A DNA stretch of 60,999 nucleotides, the filler included, from Porpidia crustulata (taxonomy: Eukaryota): NCBI GenBank assembly GCA_964255105.1. It is 8 parts of 8 records of this genome, joined end to end, with 100 filler letters (N's around TTAATTAATTAA, not from the genome) between each part and the next. Parts side by side here need not be neighbours in the genome. Positions count along the whole stretch, not along the records: positions 22,936 to 30,478 come from CAXUWE010001298.1; positions 30,579 to 38,121 come from CAXUWE010001299.1; positions 38,222 to 45,760 come from CAXUWE010001300.1; 5 more parts are not named here. One strand, given 5' to 3'. The notes under the pieces were generated by a model that did not search any database, was not told the DNA's origin, and worked only from the letters and a program-made list of their open reading frames with translations. Both the position numbers and the translations under genes were made by a program. The number at the start of each line of letters is the position of its first letter. The stretch's first letter is position 1. Shown here one piece after another: positions 28,443 to 40,402 of this stretch.

Positions 28443-29592
28443 ATGACATTGTTCACTTATCTTCTCTTATCTGTCCTGGCAATTTTGGGTGCTAACGCCT
28501 CTTCTTCTGTTCTCGATCTGATTCCCGGAAATTTCGATAAAGTAGTACTTAAATCAGGCAAACCAGCTCTAGTCGAATTTTTCGCGCCCTGGTGCGGTCA
28601 CTGCAAGAACCTAGCTCCAATTTACGAGGAACTTGGGGCAAAATTCGCCAGCGAAGGCAAGGTCTCCATCGGCAAAGTAGACGCAGATGAGCACAAAGAC
28701 TTGGGCCGGAGATATGGCGTACAGGGATTCCCAACTTTGAAGTGGTTCGATGGCAAAAGCGACACACCAGAGGACTACAACGGTGGAAGAGATCTAGAGA
28801 GTTTGACTAGTTTCGTAATAGAAAAGACAGGTATCAAGGTGAAGGCTAAGAAGGCAGCGCCAAGCGCCGTGACGATGCTTACGGATTCGACGTTCAAGTC
28901 CGAGATAGGTGGCGAGAAGGATGTTTTGGTCGCTTTTACCGCACCATGGTGTGGACGTAAGGGACAATCCTTGACATAAGAGAATGATATCCTGTACTAA
29001 TTGGGGTACAGATTGCAAGACTTTGGCGCCAACGTGGGAGTCCTTAGCTTCAGACTTCTCCGCAGAGCCATCTGTACTCATCGCCAAAGTAGACGCTGAA
29101 GCAGAGAACTCCAAATCGACTGCTGAAAGTCAAGGTGTCAAGTCTTATCCCACTCTTAAATTCTTTCCCAGGGGGTCAAGCACACCAGTACCTTACGAGG
29201 GCGGTCGTTCGGAAGAGGATCTCATCGCCTTCATGAATGAGAAAGCTGGTACCCACCGTGTCGTAGGAGGAGGCTTAGACGCAAAAGCTGGCACTATTGC
29301 AGCCTTGGACACAATCGTTGGAAAGATCACCGGCGGAGGTGACCTGGCATCCCTCTCCAAAGAAGCCACCAAGGCTGCGCAAGGTTTGAAGGACAAATAC
29401 GCAGAGTACTACGTCAAAGTGCTCGAGAAACTTGGCAAGAACCAGAACTATGCAGAGAAGGAGCTGGCTAGGTTGGAAGGACTGATCAAGAAGGGCGGGC
29501 TCGCTCCAGCGAAACTCGATGACTTGACTTCCCGGTCGAATGTCTTGCGCTCTTTCCTGGGCAGAGCGGAGAAGATCAAAGACGAGTTGTAG
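28443..29592 (+). CDS. tigA: Protein disulfide-isomerase TigA/ERp38, 2 exons
   Basis: Signal peptide, two thioredoxin domains (APWCGHCK, the second split by an intron near 28957-29011), ERp29-like C-domain and C-terminal KDEL. Confidence 0.95.
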
Positions 29593-29862
29593 AAGACGAT
29601 CGTTTGCATGGTCATGATTGGTGGATGATATATGTTTAGACAGTTTTAAAATCTTTGTGGCTCTACCTCTCAGATGCGTTCAGAGCTATGCCTTCATTTA
29701 TTTTGTATATCACTGCGGACAGCTCCGGAAATCTGTCGTAATACTCTATGACCGCTTTCAATCTCAACCGCAAATCCAATGAAGTCGCCTGATGGGTATC
29801 CCCAAAGAACCAAAGGTACATAAACGCCAAAAGATGCTACAAATGCAACTTGGAAACCCCAA

Positions 29863-30221
29863 TCATTCGTCACCTTCGCGGTTATCCGCACCAGCTTTGA
29901 TCGACGCTTCCAGCTCATCTAGTCGTTGGCCCATTTCATCAACTGAGTGAAAACCTTAGTTATCCATAAAAGATAGTAGAGCCGAAAAGGACCCACGTTT
30001 GGCAAACATTTCTTCAGTGACTTTGGTAAATTTATTCGTCACGAAATCGATGAGATTGTCCACGGCATTCACCATTTCGTTTGATGCCTCGTCGCCATTG
30101 GCCGTAGTCTATATTGCGAGTTCGATTCATCGCACAGCTTGCTAGATTCTGGACGGAGACTTACGGTTGAGGATCTTAGATGTCCATCTGCTGATACATG
30201 CTCCTGGTCAGGAACTGACAT
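29863..30221 (-). CDS. HSBP1: Heat shock factor binding protein 1 (HSBP1 family), 3 exons
   Basis: Spliced: MSVPDQEHVSADGHLRSST|TTANGDEASNEMVNAVDNLIDFVTNKFTKVTEEMFAK|LDEMGQRLDELEASIKAGADNREGDE*. Matches the HSBP1 coiled-coil pattern (KF....E...K.DEM..RLD.LE.SI). Confidence 0.8.
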
Positions 30222-30360
30222 GATGGCGGTGGGTGGATTGACTGATTGTATATTAGAGGAAGAGTCTAACTGGATCCTACCGAGAAATAGTAAAGGAGGA
30301 TTTAAGGGGACTATGCTAGTGGCTGAAGCGGTTAACGCGCGTGATTCCCATAACGTGATC

Positions 30361-30394
30361 CAACACTAAACGCACGCCAACACTAAACGCACAC
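30361..30394. repeat. 17-bp tandem duplication
   Basis: CAACACTAAACGCACGC CAACACTAAACGCACAC. Confidence 0.8.
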
Positions 30395-30478
30395 CCCACC
30401 AAAATCAATCATCACCTCTATACAATTAATTTGTTCAACGAACAACGAAGATAAAGCTATAGCAATCAAGTCTAATAC

Positions 30479-30578
30479 NNNNNNNNNNNNNNNNNNNNNN
30501 NNNNNNNNNNNNNNNNNNNNNNTTAATTAATTAANNNNNNNNNNNNNNNNNNNNNNNNNNNNNNNNNNNNNNNNNNNN
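30479..30578. other. Artificial contig linker
   Basis: 44 N + TTAATTAATTAA + 44 N. Confidence 0.98.
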
Positions 30579-30687
30579 GCATCAGGGTGTGTAGGAGGGT
30601 CGTTGAGGGGAGGGAGGTGAGGCCGAGACGGGCGCGGGAGGCGTTTTGGAGGTGGGAGCAGGCGTGGGAGAGGAGGACGAGGGACAT
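30579..30687 (-). CDS. MRPS8: Mitochondrial ribosomal protein S8 (uS8m), N-terminus only
   Basis: MSLVLLSHACSHLQNASRARLGLTSLPST is the typical fungal Mrps8 N-terminus. Truncated by the linker. Confidence 0.88.
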
Positions 30688-31138
30688 TGTGAGGGTGGAG
30701 GCGGGTTGTGCGCAGTGAGGGTGTCTTTTGGGGGGCGATTGATTGGGTTCGAGGATTTGAGGAGGTACGGGTCTGATCACACGCGTGTAGTTTTGCTGTC
30801 GAATGAGGGTTGTGGCTATGGGTCTGGACGATTCAGAGAGAATAGAGTGCGGCTGTGAGAGTTTTCGAGGTGTCAATGGGTCTACGATATTTTGATAGTA
30901 CAAAAGTGACTCTGTTCTAGCCAATTCGGCTTTATAAATTTCGACAGGGGTCCTCAGGTTCGCCCTAGCCGAATACGCCTAATCTACCACTACCACTTTG
31001 AACGCGAACCTCACAACCGTCACCTTTACTTCAGGAAACGGTATCAGTTGATGGTGATTTCTTTGAATACTCAATTTAAATTCTATTACAATTGCCCAAA
31101 ACGCCACTAGACACGATCACAGCATAAAGAGATCAAGT

Positions 31139-33325
31139 CTACCCGTCCAGCATCTCCTCATCCTCGTCTTCCTCCAACACTATACCGCTGTCGGGCCTCG
31201 ATTTCCTCGTCACCTTCCCTCGCTTCACTTCTACATGGCCCTCAATCTCCTTGAAACCATCTCGGAATCTAAAGGCAGCGACGGGTGTCAAGAGCCCCTT
31301 ATGCTCTGCCACTTCGGCTCCTCTACGTTCAGCATCCTTAACGTGGGATTCCTTGACATCGCCGACTTTGTCCAGGCATTGCACCATTTGCATGTGGACA
31401 GCTTTGTCAACCTTTCGGACGACTTGAGCCATCTCAGCTTGAACAGCTTCTAACGCCTTCGAGCTTGCCGCCTTTTCTTCTTCCAGCATCAGAGTGAGTT
31501 GCAATTTCTCGCGTTCAATCTTGGCTAAGTCGGCCTGTACAGCCTCAAGGCTTGATGATAACCTTCCAACCTCCACATTTAGGCTTCCAACCTCCTTTTC
31601 TCCTATTTCTTTGGCTTCCAAGACCTCATGCTCCATTGCTCGAATTGTCCGTTGTTTCTCATTAATAGCGTCCTTGAACTCGCATTCCAGTGCTTCAAGC
31701 TCTTTGATCCTCACTGCTCGTTCAACGGCCTCTTTCTCGGCTGCCCTCCTCCCCGTCGCTTCAGCTACTACATGACACTCTAAATCTGCCACGGCTTCAT
31801 CCATATCGGTTTGAAGTTGTGCAACGGCTGTACTATGATTGGCTTCCATTTGAGTGATGAGCGCTTCTAGCTTTTCTACTTCGAGCCTATAAGATTCAAG
31901 AGCGACCTGGAGCTTCTGAATCGATCGTTGCTTCTCATCCACATCAGTCCTAAGTTCATTGACAACACTCGATGTCTGCTCGATTTCTTTCTCCAATATT
32001 TGCGCTGTGCTCTCAGCTTGGGCTGCTCTAAGCTTTTCTACTGAATGGTCAGTACTCAGGGCCTCCGCGGCCTTCCGTGAACGATCTAATTGTGCGAGAA
32101 CTGCATTGAATTGACTTCGCATATTTGATTCTTGAATTCTCGATGTCGATAACGCATCTTCTGCAGATGACGCTTGAGCCTTCAAACTGCGCAGTCGGTC
32201 CAGCATGTTGTCTAGCAGCAGCTTTGCATCTCCTGTATGGAGCCCCAGGCCAATTTCTCCAGGGAAGATGCGTTCTAGCGACATGCGAGCTGAGCGGAAA
32301 GTATCATTATCGGTCAGAGGTACGACAGACGCCTGATTGAGTGCATTCGTTGCAGATGTGGCCACAGGATAATGAGTCAAAGTTCGGAGAACGTTACTGT
32401 TCTGTTCGGCGTCAGGTCCAAGAGTTTCGTATCTCGAGCGGGCGCTCTGCCTTGCCAAATGCGATGATGGCAGATCGCCGACAGTGTTTCCGGCACTACT
32501 TGCGAGGTCTTCAATATCAGCATCACCGTTTTGGGTACTTGAATGTGGCGGGCTTGGATCGCAGAAGATGTCGTCGGGCTCGAATGGTGTTCCGGTGCCA
32601 AAAGGATCAGCTGCCATTGATTGCTCCCGCATCTCTTCTTTGAGATCTTCAATCTCCCATTCTAGTTCTTGGATCCGCGCTGGGTTCTCTTCTCTTCCTT
32701 TCGTGCTGTCGGCGACCTCTTTGCCGAACTGCTTCGCCAGGGCTAACTCGGTCTTCAGTTCCTGTATCTGTTGGGTCCACTGGTGCTTTGATTTCTTTTC
32801 CTCATCGATCTTGTTTATCTCCTCACTCATATGACTTCGTCTTAGTCGCCGTTTGGTTCGCTCATCAAGTACTTGACGCAATGATGAGATCTGAACCTGG
32901 CCAGCGAGATAGGATGTTGTTGGCGGCGTCATCGATGGAGATGAGAAAGAGTACTGCGGTTTGGCTGGAAGCGATGAGCGCCTGCGCGGTTTTGCGGCAA
33001 GCAGTCGAGGTGCTGAAGGCGAGGATAGCCCTGTGGTTGGCGAAAGTGCTGTCCCCTTAATGTACGGAGTGAGACCGGTTGAAGAGGAGCATGTTGGCAT
33101 GTCAGGCCCTGGATCGGAGAATCGGACACGCTTCTTCGGCTTGGTGGGTGTCTTCGGCTCTTTCGAGGAAGCTTCATGGGGATTATGTTGGTCATCAAGC
33201 TGAGGGACGGCCGTTTGAGTGGTCGGAGCCGTTTGTACACTGCTCGTCCTTCTCTTCCGTCGAACGGCCAGAGGTCTATCATCAGATGTAGAATCTTTAA
33301 CGTCTTCGTCAGGGTGTCCCGCCAT
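31139..33325 (-). CDS. Hypothetical coiled-coil protein (728 aa)
   Basis: Long uninterrupted ORF with KKRVRFSDPGP, STGLTP, LRQVLDER.KRRLRRS.MSEE and extensive heptads. Confidence 0.85.
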   Translation of the reverse strand: MAGHPDEDVKDSTSDDRPLAVRRKRRTSSVQTAPTTQTAVPQLDDQHNPHEASSKEPKTPTKPKKRVRFSDPGPDMPTCSSSTGLTPYIKGTALSPTTGLSSPSAPRLLAAKPRRRSSLPAKPQYSFSSPSMTPPTTSYLAGQVQISSLRQVLDERTKRRLRRSHMSEEINKIDEEKKSKHQWTQQIQELKTELALAKQFGKEVADSTKGREENPARIQELEWEIEDLKEEMREQSMAADPFGTGTPFEPDDIFCDPSPPHSSTQNGDADIEDLASSAGNTVGDLPSSHLARQSARSRYETLGPDAEQNSNVLRTLTHYPVATSATNALNQASVVPLTDNDTFRSARMSLERIFPGEIGLGLHTGDAKLLLDNMLDRLRSLKAQASSAEDALSTSRIQESNMRSQFNAVLAQLDRSRKAAEALSTDHSVEKLRAAQAESTAQILEKEIEQTSSVVNELRTDVDEKQRSIQKLQVALESYRLEVEKLEALITQMEANHSTAVAQLQTDMDEAVADLECHVVAEATGRRAAEKEAVERAVRIKELEALECEFKDAINEKQRTIRAMEHEVLEAKEIGEKEVGSLNVEVGRLSSSLEAVQADLAKIEREKLQLTLMLEEEKAASSKALEAVQAEMAQVVRKVDKAVHMQMVQCLDKVGDVKESHVKDAERRGAEVAEHKGLLTPVAAFRFRDGFKEIEGHVEVKRGKVTRKSRPDSGIVLEEDEDEEMLDG

Positions 33326-34458
33326 CTTAGAGATTATGTGTGCAGCAAGAGAGATGAGATGTGAGGATAGAGATATTTGATGGAGTTATAGAGGGCGTTA
33401 TGACGACAAGAATTGTTCAAGAGTGTCGAGAAAGACCAAGTAAACACGGGACAAAACATCAAAAGTAAACACTGGAGAACAAAACCGTGAAGAACTGTAG
33501 GCGACAACATGATTCTCACGACATTTTCTTATCGATGTAAACAACTCGCTTAGGCCTGATCCCAGTTTTGAGGCTAAGTCACAGAAACACGTCGTTTCGC
33601 GGTGACGATTGGATGTCGCGAGATCCCGTGATCTGGGATTCAGATTTCTTTCAGGCAGCATGGCTAGATCTGGTATGGTCAGCGCAGCTACTCTTGAGTC
33701 ACTGTATGAGCCAATAGAGTCAGTCACATGAAGATGATTAGATAGGTAGCTATTCAATCATCAATCAGAATACATTATGCTGGCGGTAGAAAGACAAGCA
33801 GTTGGTTGTCTGATTCCAGAAGGAGGTCAAACGTTCCCTATCCAGATCACCGCCGATCTCGCAGGGCTGAACATGCAATCCTGCACCTCTTTGAACCTTG
33901 CTGGTAACCGCGTGGCAGTCCCAACTTCTCAGCACTAGGAAAGAGATCATACACCTTCCTAGAATCGCACCCTGGCCGCACTGGATCAACGCCGCATCTT
34001 CTCTCCATGCGTTTGAGGAAGGTCATAAAAAGGATCGCAAGACTTGCACTGTTTTGTAGCGGGTAGGCTTTCCTTCTACCTGCGGGATGCCCAATCGGCA
34101 TGTCGTCAGATCACGCATCACGCCAAGTCGTCAGTCCGTCGACTCTTAAACTTGCTCCCAATCTCAGCCATCTTGTCCATCACAAGAAGCCAACGGGTCG
34201 AGCGCTGAACTGCAGCAGCCGCACACTGCGATGGGATGAGAAAGCTTGCATGATGCATTAGGCTTTGTTAAAGATCTAAAGCCACCACACAAAGTGAAGT
34301 ATATTGATTGCCGAGAAAACCGAATGTGGCCATCAGTATAGGGAAATTATTTCCCGGAAGCCATGGAGAAAATTCTGCAACTGTTCAGGTCTCCCTCAAC
34401 CTCTCTCATACCGTCGCCAACTGCTTCCTTGCACTTCCCTGACTCCCAAGGACAGATT

Positions 34459-35850
34459 ATGGCTGAGTTATCTCTTCAAGCTTTGCCTGCAGAAATTCTC
34501 CATCAGATTCTTGTATATCTAGATCCGCTGTCTTTACTCAGTCTTTCTCGAACGTCACATCTTCTGCGGAATCACTCCCAGAATGACTTACTGTGGGCCA
34601 CTTTTGTCAAAGAGAACGTGCCCAAGCCTGTGCACAGTCACTCCCCTTGTCTCACTTGGAAAGATCTCTACATAGCGCATCACCCATATTGGTTCTTGCC
34701 ACGTCACAAAATTTGGTTCTCGGACAAAGCCAACACTGGAAGTACCATGACAGGCAATGTAATAATAGCGCTTTACGATGAACGACTCGGCTGCATCGAA
34801 GCGTACCGACTTGTGGCTGAGCATGGTCCTCATACGATTTATTCATGGGAGTGGGATCCTGCCGTTGTTGTTCACACGTTCAACCCGAAAGTGCAGCTCT
34901 GGCGTGACGACCCAGTGATCAAGCTTGATGCTAGAGACTCGAAAATCCGTGGTAGATCCCAACTGGAAACGCCGATGCGTACAGGTGTTGCTCAGGGAAT
35001 ACGCTCGGTCATATCTCTTTGCCAAGCCATTCCCGATGAGCTACAGCATGAAAGTATGGCTCTTTGGCCGCCTGCAATTTGTCCAGCGCCACATCGTGTC
35101 CGAAGCGAAAGTCCCACTATGTTCCGGGGGGAGGGCAGTAAGCCCCAAACCATGGCACAGACCAGCGATAGTACATTCCGAATTAGAAAATGGGTTAACT
35201 TCAGGGGCATCGACGCGCCGTTAGGAGTCAGGATCGGCGAGGACGTGATGACTTTCAGCACTTTATCTGCAGAGTCGTACACACCGACAAAGGAGAAGCC
35301 ATGGCAGGGGATTTGGGTCGGGGATTATTCAGTGCATGGATGTGAATTCTTGGTTGTACTGCAAAAGGACGTGGAGAATTCATCACCGAATACTACTTCG
35401 GACCCTCTCACCGGCGAAACCGAAAGAGACGGAATCTGTTCTGGAAGATTGGAAGCCATCAAACTGACTGGGGACCCCAATGTGCCGCGAGGGGAATACA
35501 CATGGATCGCGGAGGATATTGGGCCAGACGGACTCATTCGAACGGCACAGGAAGGCATCTTCAAGGGAGCACGCGTGGTCAAAAGCCGGGGCAACACCGC
35601 TGGCAGAGGGTACCGGGATCGTGAGTCTCTATTCAGGAGGAAAGGTGATGGCCATGTCTAATTGAAAGTAGCTACGTACGTTTCTTCGCAGCTCATCATG
35701 ATCTCTGTCGATAGCGTCGCCCAGTACTGGGAGGTAAGTTTTCATTCTTGTGGGCTCTTTGCAGATACTTACACTTCCTCGTAGGAATTTGGACACATAT
35801 CCTTTTACTCTCGTGTAAATATTGACGATTACTTGGACGTCAACTCGTAG
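34459..35850 (+). CDS. F-box domain protein, 3 exons (alternative start 34363)
   Basis: F-box LQALPAEILHQILVYLDP..LLSLSRT; PWQGIWVGDYS.HGCEFL; LEAIKLTGDPNVPRGEYT; terminal exons QYWE|EFGHISFYSRVNID..*. Confidence 0.88.
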
Positions 35851-36733
35851 TGAGTTGTGCGACTGGGTTACATTACAGCTTAGATGCGCTATGTATATCA
35901 GGAAGGCATGTACAGAATACATAGCATACTAGAAGTACTTCATACTCGCCTCAAGTCCTCAACTCATACCTTTGTATCTCCTTACTTGTGAAGCCAAGCT
36001 CAACCGTGTACATGTGAAATCCGGATTGGGCGCTCATGAGCCTCTATTTGCGCAGGCAGGATATCCAGGAATGAGCTGTTGGAGGGAAATCTTCCTCTCC
36101 ACACCGTCCATCATTAAATATTTCGCTACTCCATAGATCCTCTGTGAGATCCTCGCCATCTCATCAAGTCATCAATTGGTGGAATGGTTGAATCAGCAGA
36201 GTCGACGCGCAGTGAAGTCATTCAGATGTCGAGTTCTCTGATTGGCTGTAACGATTGCTAAGAATACCGCAACTTTCAAGATTATCGAGCTGCACTATGG
36301 GGAAACCATTGTCGGCCACTTCTAATCATCTTTCCCTCATCTATCATCAATTTTGTACTCTCTAGCCATTGCTCCTTCCAATCACGACATTCACGATCTG
36401 CGCTACGGGGCATTGCACCATCTTGTGTTCCTTCAGAGGCTGTGAAACCGCTCATCAGCCACAAGCGCCGAGGTCGTTCTGCTCCGGCTGTCAAACGTCA
36501 GCCTGAGGGCGGCTGACTTTACAAATTGCTAGACTTCGCTGTACAAACCGCTTTTGATAACAGGTGTTGACTATCCACGATCACCGATGCTGATGGTTTG
36601 CTTCATATCTAACAAGACTCTCTGTCTGTGCTTCAAACCAAGCTCGTTGACGCTATCGCCAGCGTTACAATCCTTACAAGCCCCACCATAAGAATCCTTA
36701 CGGCAGATCAGGTATTCTTAGCATTCAGACAAC

Positions 36734-38121
36734 ATGCACTTGCCGATACAGCCCAGGGCAAATGGTGACGGGAATACGTCGACTACTGCTCTTGTTGTGA
36801 GCTGGAAGTCCATCCGTCGATGGAGCTGCGCTAATCAAGCCTCAGGTTGCCATCATATGTGCTTCCGCGTTATTTCTCTCGATATCAGCGTTTATGTACC
36901 TTCGATCGCTGCGACGTGCCTATCCGAACCCCAAATACGTGCCTACAAGATTTCTCAAGTCCAGATGGCGGTCATGGAGTCCCAATTCTTTCAGATATGG
37001 TCGTATATTCCACAAGACCACCTCGACGCCTCTTTCCACCGTTCCTACGCAAACCCGTGATGTCGACACTTCCTACAATCCTTCTATCACGACCAATGAA
37101 CCCACTACCCACTCCGTAACCGAAACTACTAGCACCACCAATAATGGCATTGATCGCAACACATCGATCCGCAGCATCATGACCCTCCCACCTTATCGAC
37201 CTGCCCCCTCTCAGGGAGAACGCCTTATCGCTCGAGAAGGGGAACGTGCAGGTGTTGACACCGTTGTTGAGTTCCCAGAAACCGCCGATGAAGAAGAGCA
37301 GCGCAGGGAAGAAGACATGGAAGCTCTATTTCAAGTCCGACAAGCTCGCCGCCACGAACAACAAGAACGTAATGAACGTCGCCGGGAACGCCAAGCTGCC
37401 CGTGAGGCAGGGGACTGGGCCCGTCTAGAGCAACTTCGCCTTGAGAGCCAAATGCGCACAAGAGCCCGCACAGGTAGCAGCAACAATAGCCCTTTCGCCA
37501 GCATCACCAACCTCGGTCTAACAGGTCCCGATCCTACCGTCCTCCCCGGAACCCGCGACCGCCGCGTCAGTAGCGTCAGCTACGCCTCCCTCGGCCTTGC
37601 CCGTCACGACGGTTCCCGCATTCGTGCCGACAGCGTCGAATCCAACGACCAGCGGCCTCTGCTCGACTCCGCAGCAAGCATGGGCGGAAGCGCCCCTGGT
37701 TCACGGCGCGGTTCGCTCTTCGCAGCCTCCCATGTGCAACACCATCGGGCGCCCTCTGCCGAATCAGTCCTCAGCATCGATTCCGATATCACGGACACGC
37801 CGCACACGTCTGCGCGCAGCGGCAGCGGCAGCGGCAGCGAGCCCGTACCTCCCCTTCCCATCCTTACGCCCAGCGCCAGCCAGGGGACCGAGAGCTCGGG
37901 TACGAGGCAGAATGATAATGTGGAGCCGCTCGGGGAGCCACCGCGGTACGAGGCCGCCCAGGCTGGACCGGAGCCGGACGAAGAGGCGCCGCCGTATGAG
38001 AGTCCGGTTGCTGGTAGGGGGGAGAGGGTGCCGCGGCTGCCGAGCATAAGACATATTCCGGCGATTGAGGTTACGGGGACGACGCCGGGGAGTAGCGTGC
38101 CGGGGACTCCTGTTGAGGGGG
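36734..38121 (+). CDS. Hypothetical single-pass membrane protein with a disordered tail, 3' truncated
   Basis: Short exon, intron, TM (VAIICASALFLSISAFMYL), then IDRNTSIRSIMTLPPY, IAREGERAGVDTVVEFPET..EEE.RREE.ME.L. Confidence 0.8.
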
Positions 38122-38221
38122 NNNNNNNNNNNNNNNNNNNNNNNNNNNNNNNNNNNNNNNNNNNNTTAATTAATTAANNNNNNNNNNNNNNNNNNNNNNN
38201 NNNNNNNNNNNNNNNNNNNNN
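38122..38221. other. Artificial contig linker
   Basis: 44 N + TTAATTAATTAA + 44 N. Confidence 0.98.
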
Positions 38222-39200
38222 GCCACATCCAATTTGGGATGCTTGCCCCTGTGGGAAGGGAGTTCGTTAGTGGACAATGTCAATGAAGCGGGTTAGGTGC
38301 CTACAGGTTACGTCGGGGGATTCAGATTCTCCGTTTAGCGCTGTTCTGACGATGCAGCATGCACCGGTGCTGGCACGGTAGGATCAGCGGGGGGGAATTT
38401 CTTCGAACTTAGGTATGGTTGGAGGGCATACATGACTCCGAGACCCATAAGCATGCAAAGACCGATCTTCCGTCTTAGGCTTATCTGGACTTTGTAGAGG
38501 ATGAGGATGGGGAATGCCGAGAGGATGAAATCCGAGGCCACCGAGATGACTTTCGAGATGTAAGGAATGTGCTGTAAGGAAAGGAGGTGTCGGGAAAGGG
38601 CTCACTAGCTTGGGCGAAGATGATTTCGAGCAGTTGCTCCTTACTGAAACAATCGCCATGAATGTTTTGATTCCACGTGGCGGCGATAGGCCTGCACTGT
38701 ACGATCCATAGAACCGTGAGGATTATGTTCGACACGATTAGTACAATAATGAGGGCTTGAAGGGGTCTGATGAGCTTCCTCGAGACTGGAATCTTCAGCA
38801 GAAAGAAGCATATGGAGACTTTAGTCCACATTAGAGTAGCAAAAGTCTGGATCTATTCTCCGTAACTGTAGTACTCAAATTTGCTGTAAGCGGCATCGCT
38901 GATATAATATTTGTGTCTTCCATATCCGAGATCAAACTCTGGAAAATCCAGTCCAGCTCCGATGATGGTTCCTAGCTACGGCATTATGAGTAATTGATGC
39001 GGTGGAATCTGGGAACAGAACCATACCACCGCCAGGATGATGCACCAATCGTCCCACCAAAGGCCTTTGACGACCCATATCCGCGTCATGACTCGTAGGC
39101 CAACGAAGATGCAAGACAAGGTCAACATAAAGATGGTCATAACAACTAAAGCTTGCCGTTGACTCTGGTCGCCCCTTGGAGGCGGCCCTTCGAAAGACAT
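38222..39200 (-). pseudogene. Pth11-like (fungal rhodopsin-domain) membrane protein with one in-frame TAG at 38853-38855; 3' truncated
   Basis: LRVMTR..LWWDDW, GYGRH, TKVSICFFLL, QCRPIAATW..C, SDFILSAFP, TGACCIVRT. Stop in YSYGE*IQTFATLM. Confidence 0.8.
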
Positions 39201-40402
39201 TGTTATGAACGCACAGAATAAATTTCTACCGAGATCACCGAAATGACGCTGATCGAAACAGATGTTATTTTGAAAAACTCGTCAAGTAGCAAAATGGGGC
39301 TGCACTGGAACAGTTTCCCAGTAGAGCTTCCGGCGCGATTGAATCGAGATAGATAAAACGTAGGAAGAAGTGCACGAAGCCTCTCCATATCTACTTTCCA
39401 CCCGTGCATGATAGCTATGAGAACATGAAAGGCCCACCTATACCATGCTCTTTGCTCGGGACAGTGACGCCGCCGAGTTGCAGCTGCTTTGCGAGCGTAA
39501 AACGTCATAGTAGGATTGTAGAAGGCAACCAGCTGTGCCGCAGCTGAAACACGAAATTGGACCAGAGCGTCGCTGGAAACAAATTGACAAGGTTCTGCAG
39601 AGCTGGTGGAAATTTTTGAACTGTTCAGCAGTCAGCAAGAATTTCCGCGATTAAAAATCACTGCGATCGTAGGTCGTCTAGAACAAATCATCCGCTAAAA
39701 AGCAAGGTGTCAGATGCAGCAGGCAGGCGGTTCTCATGCGCGGATACAACGAAGGAGTAGTGAGGACTGGATTAACTGGATATTCGAGACACTGAAGGAT
39801 CAGGAGCCTCGTTCGTCCGACTGTGCCATGACGTTTGCTTGGCATCTATGCCGCCAACCATCGAACCGTACGACCCAGGACAAGATAAACCTCATCACTT
39901 TCAAGTACCCTTCTCATCTTCCCTATCCACTTCATAGAGCTGTGCCACCGATTTATGTGTTACAGTAGGGTGGCGACTAGATGATAGTTGCAATATGTCC
40001 ATGTACTACCTACTTAGGGTGTCAGGCTGGTTTTCAATGTCCGGATACAATAGATTGATTTTACGCCGGTATTCCCGCTTTTGTGTTCGAAGATTTAAAA
40101 ATAGATAGTCTGAGTTTACCAATGGGAAGCCGGAATCCTGTAGCCATCCGAATGGTTTCTTGCCTACAGAACGTGAATTAGTTGCTTGAAGTACCTCATT
40201 ATCGCTACGCCTCTTTCGTCGTGGTGTTGTGTGGGGAAGCTTGCGTCAGAATTTGTTTTTGTCTTAATTGCCTTGTGAGATCTGTATGGTGGATATCTTG
40301 TTCGTGGATAGATATTGTTGCCAGAGGCACAGGCTGTGCATTTTACTCACATTCCTTCTGTATACCGTTCTTTTCTGGCAGACTTATCCGGTCACCATCA
40401 CG

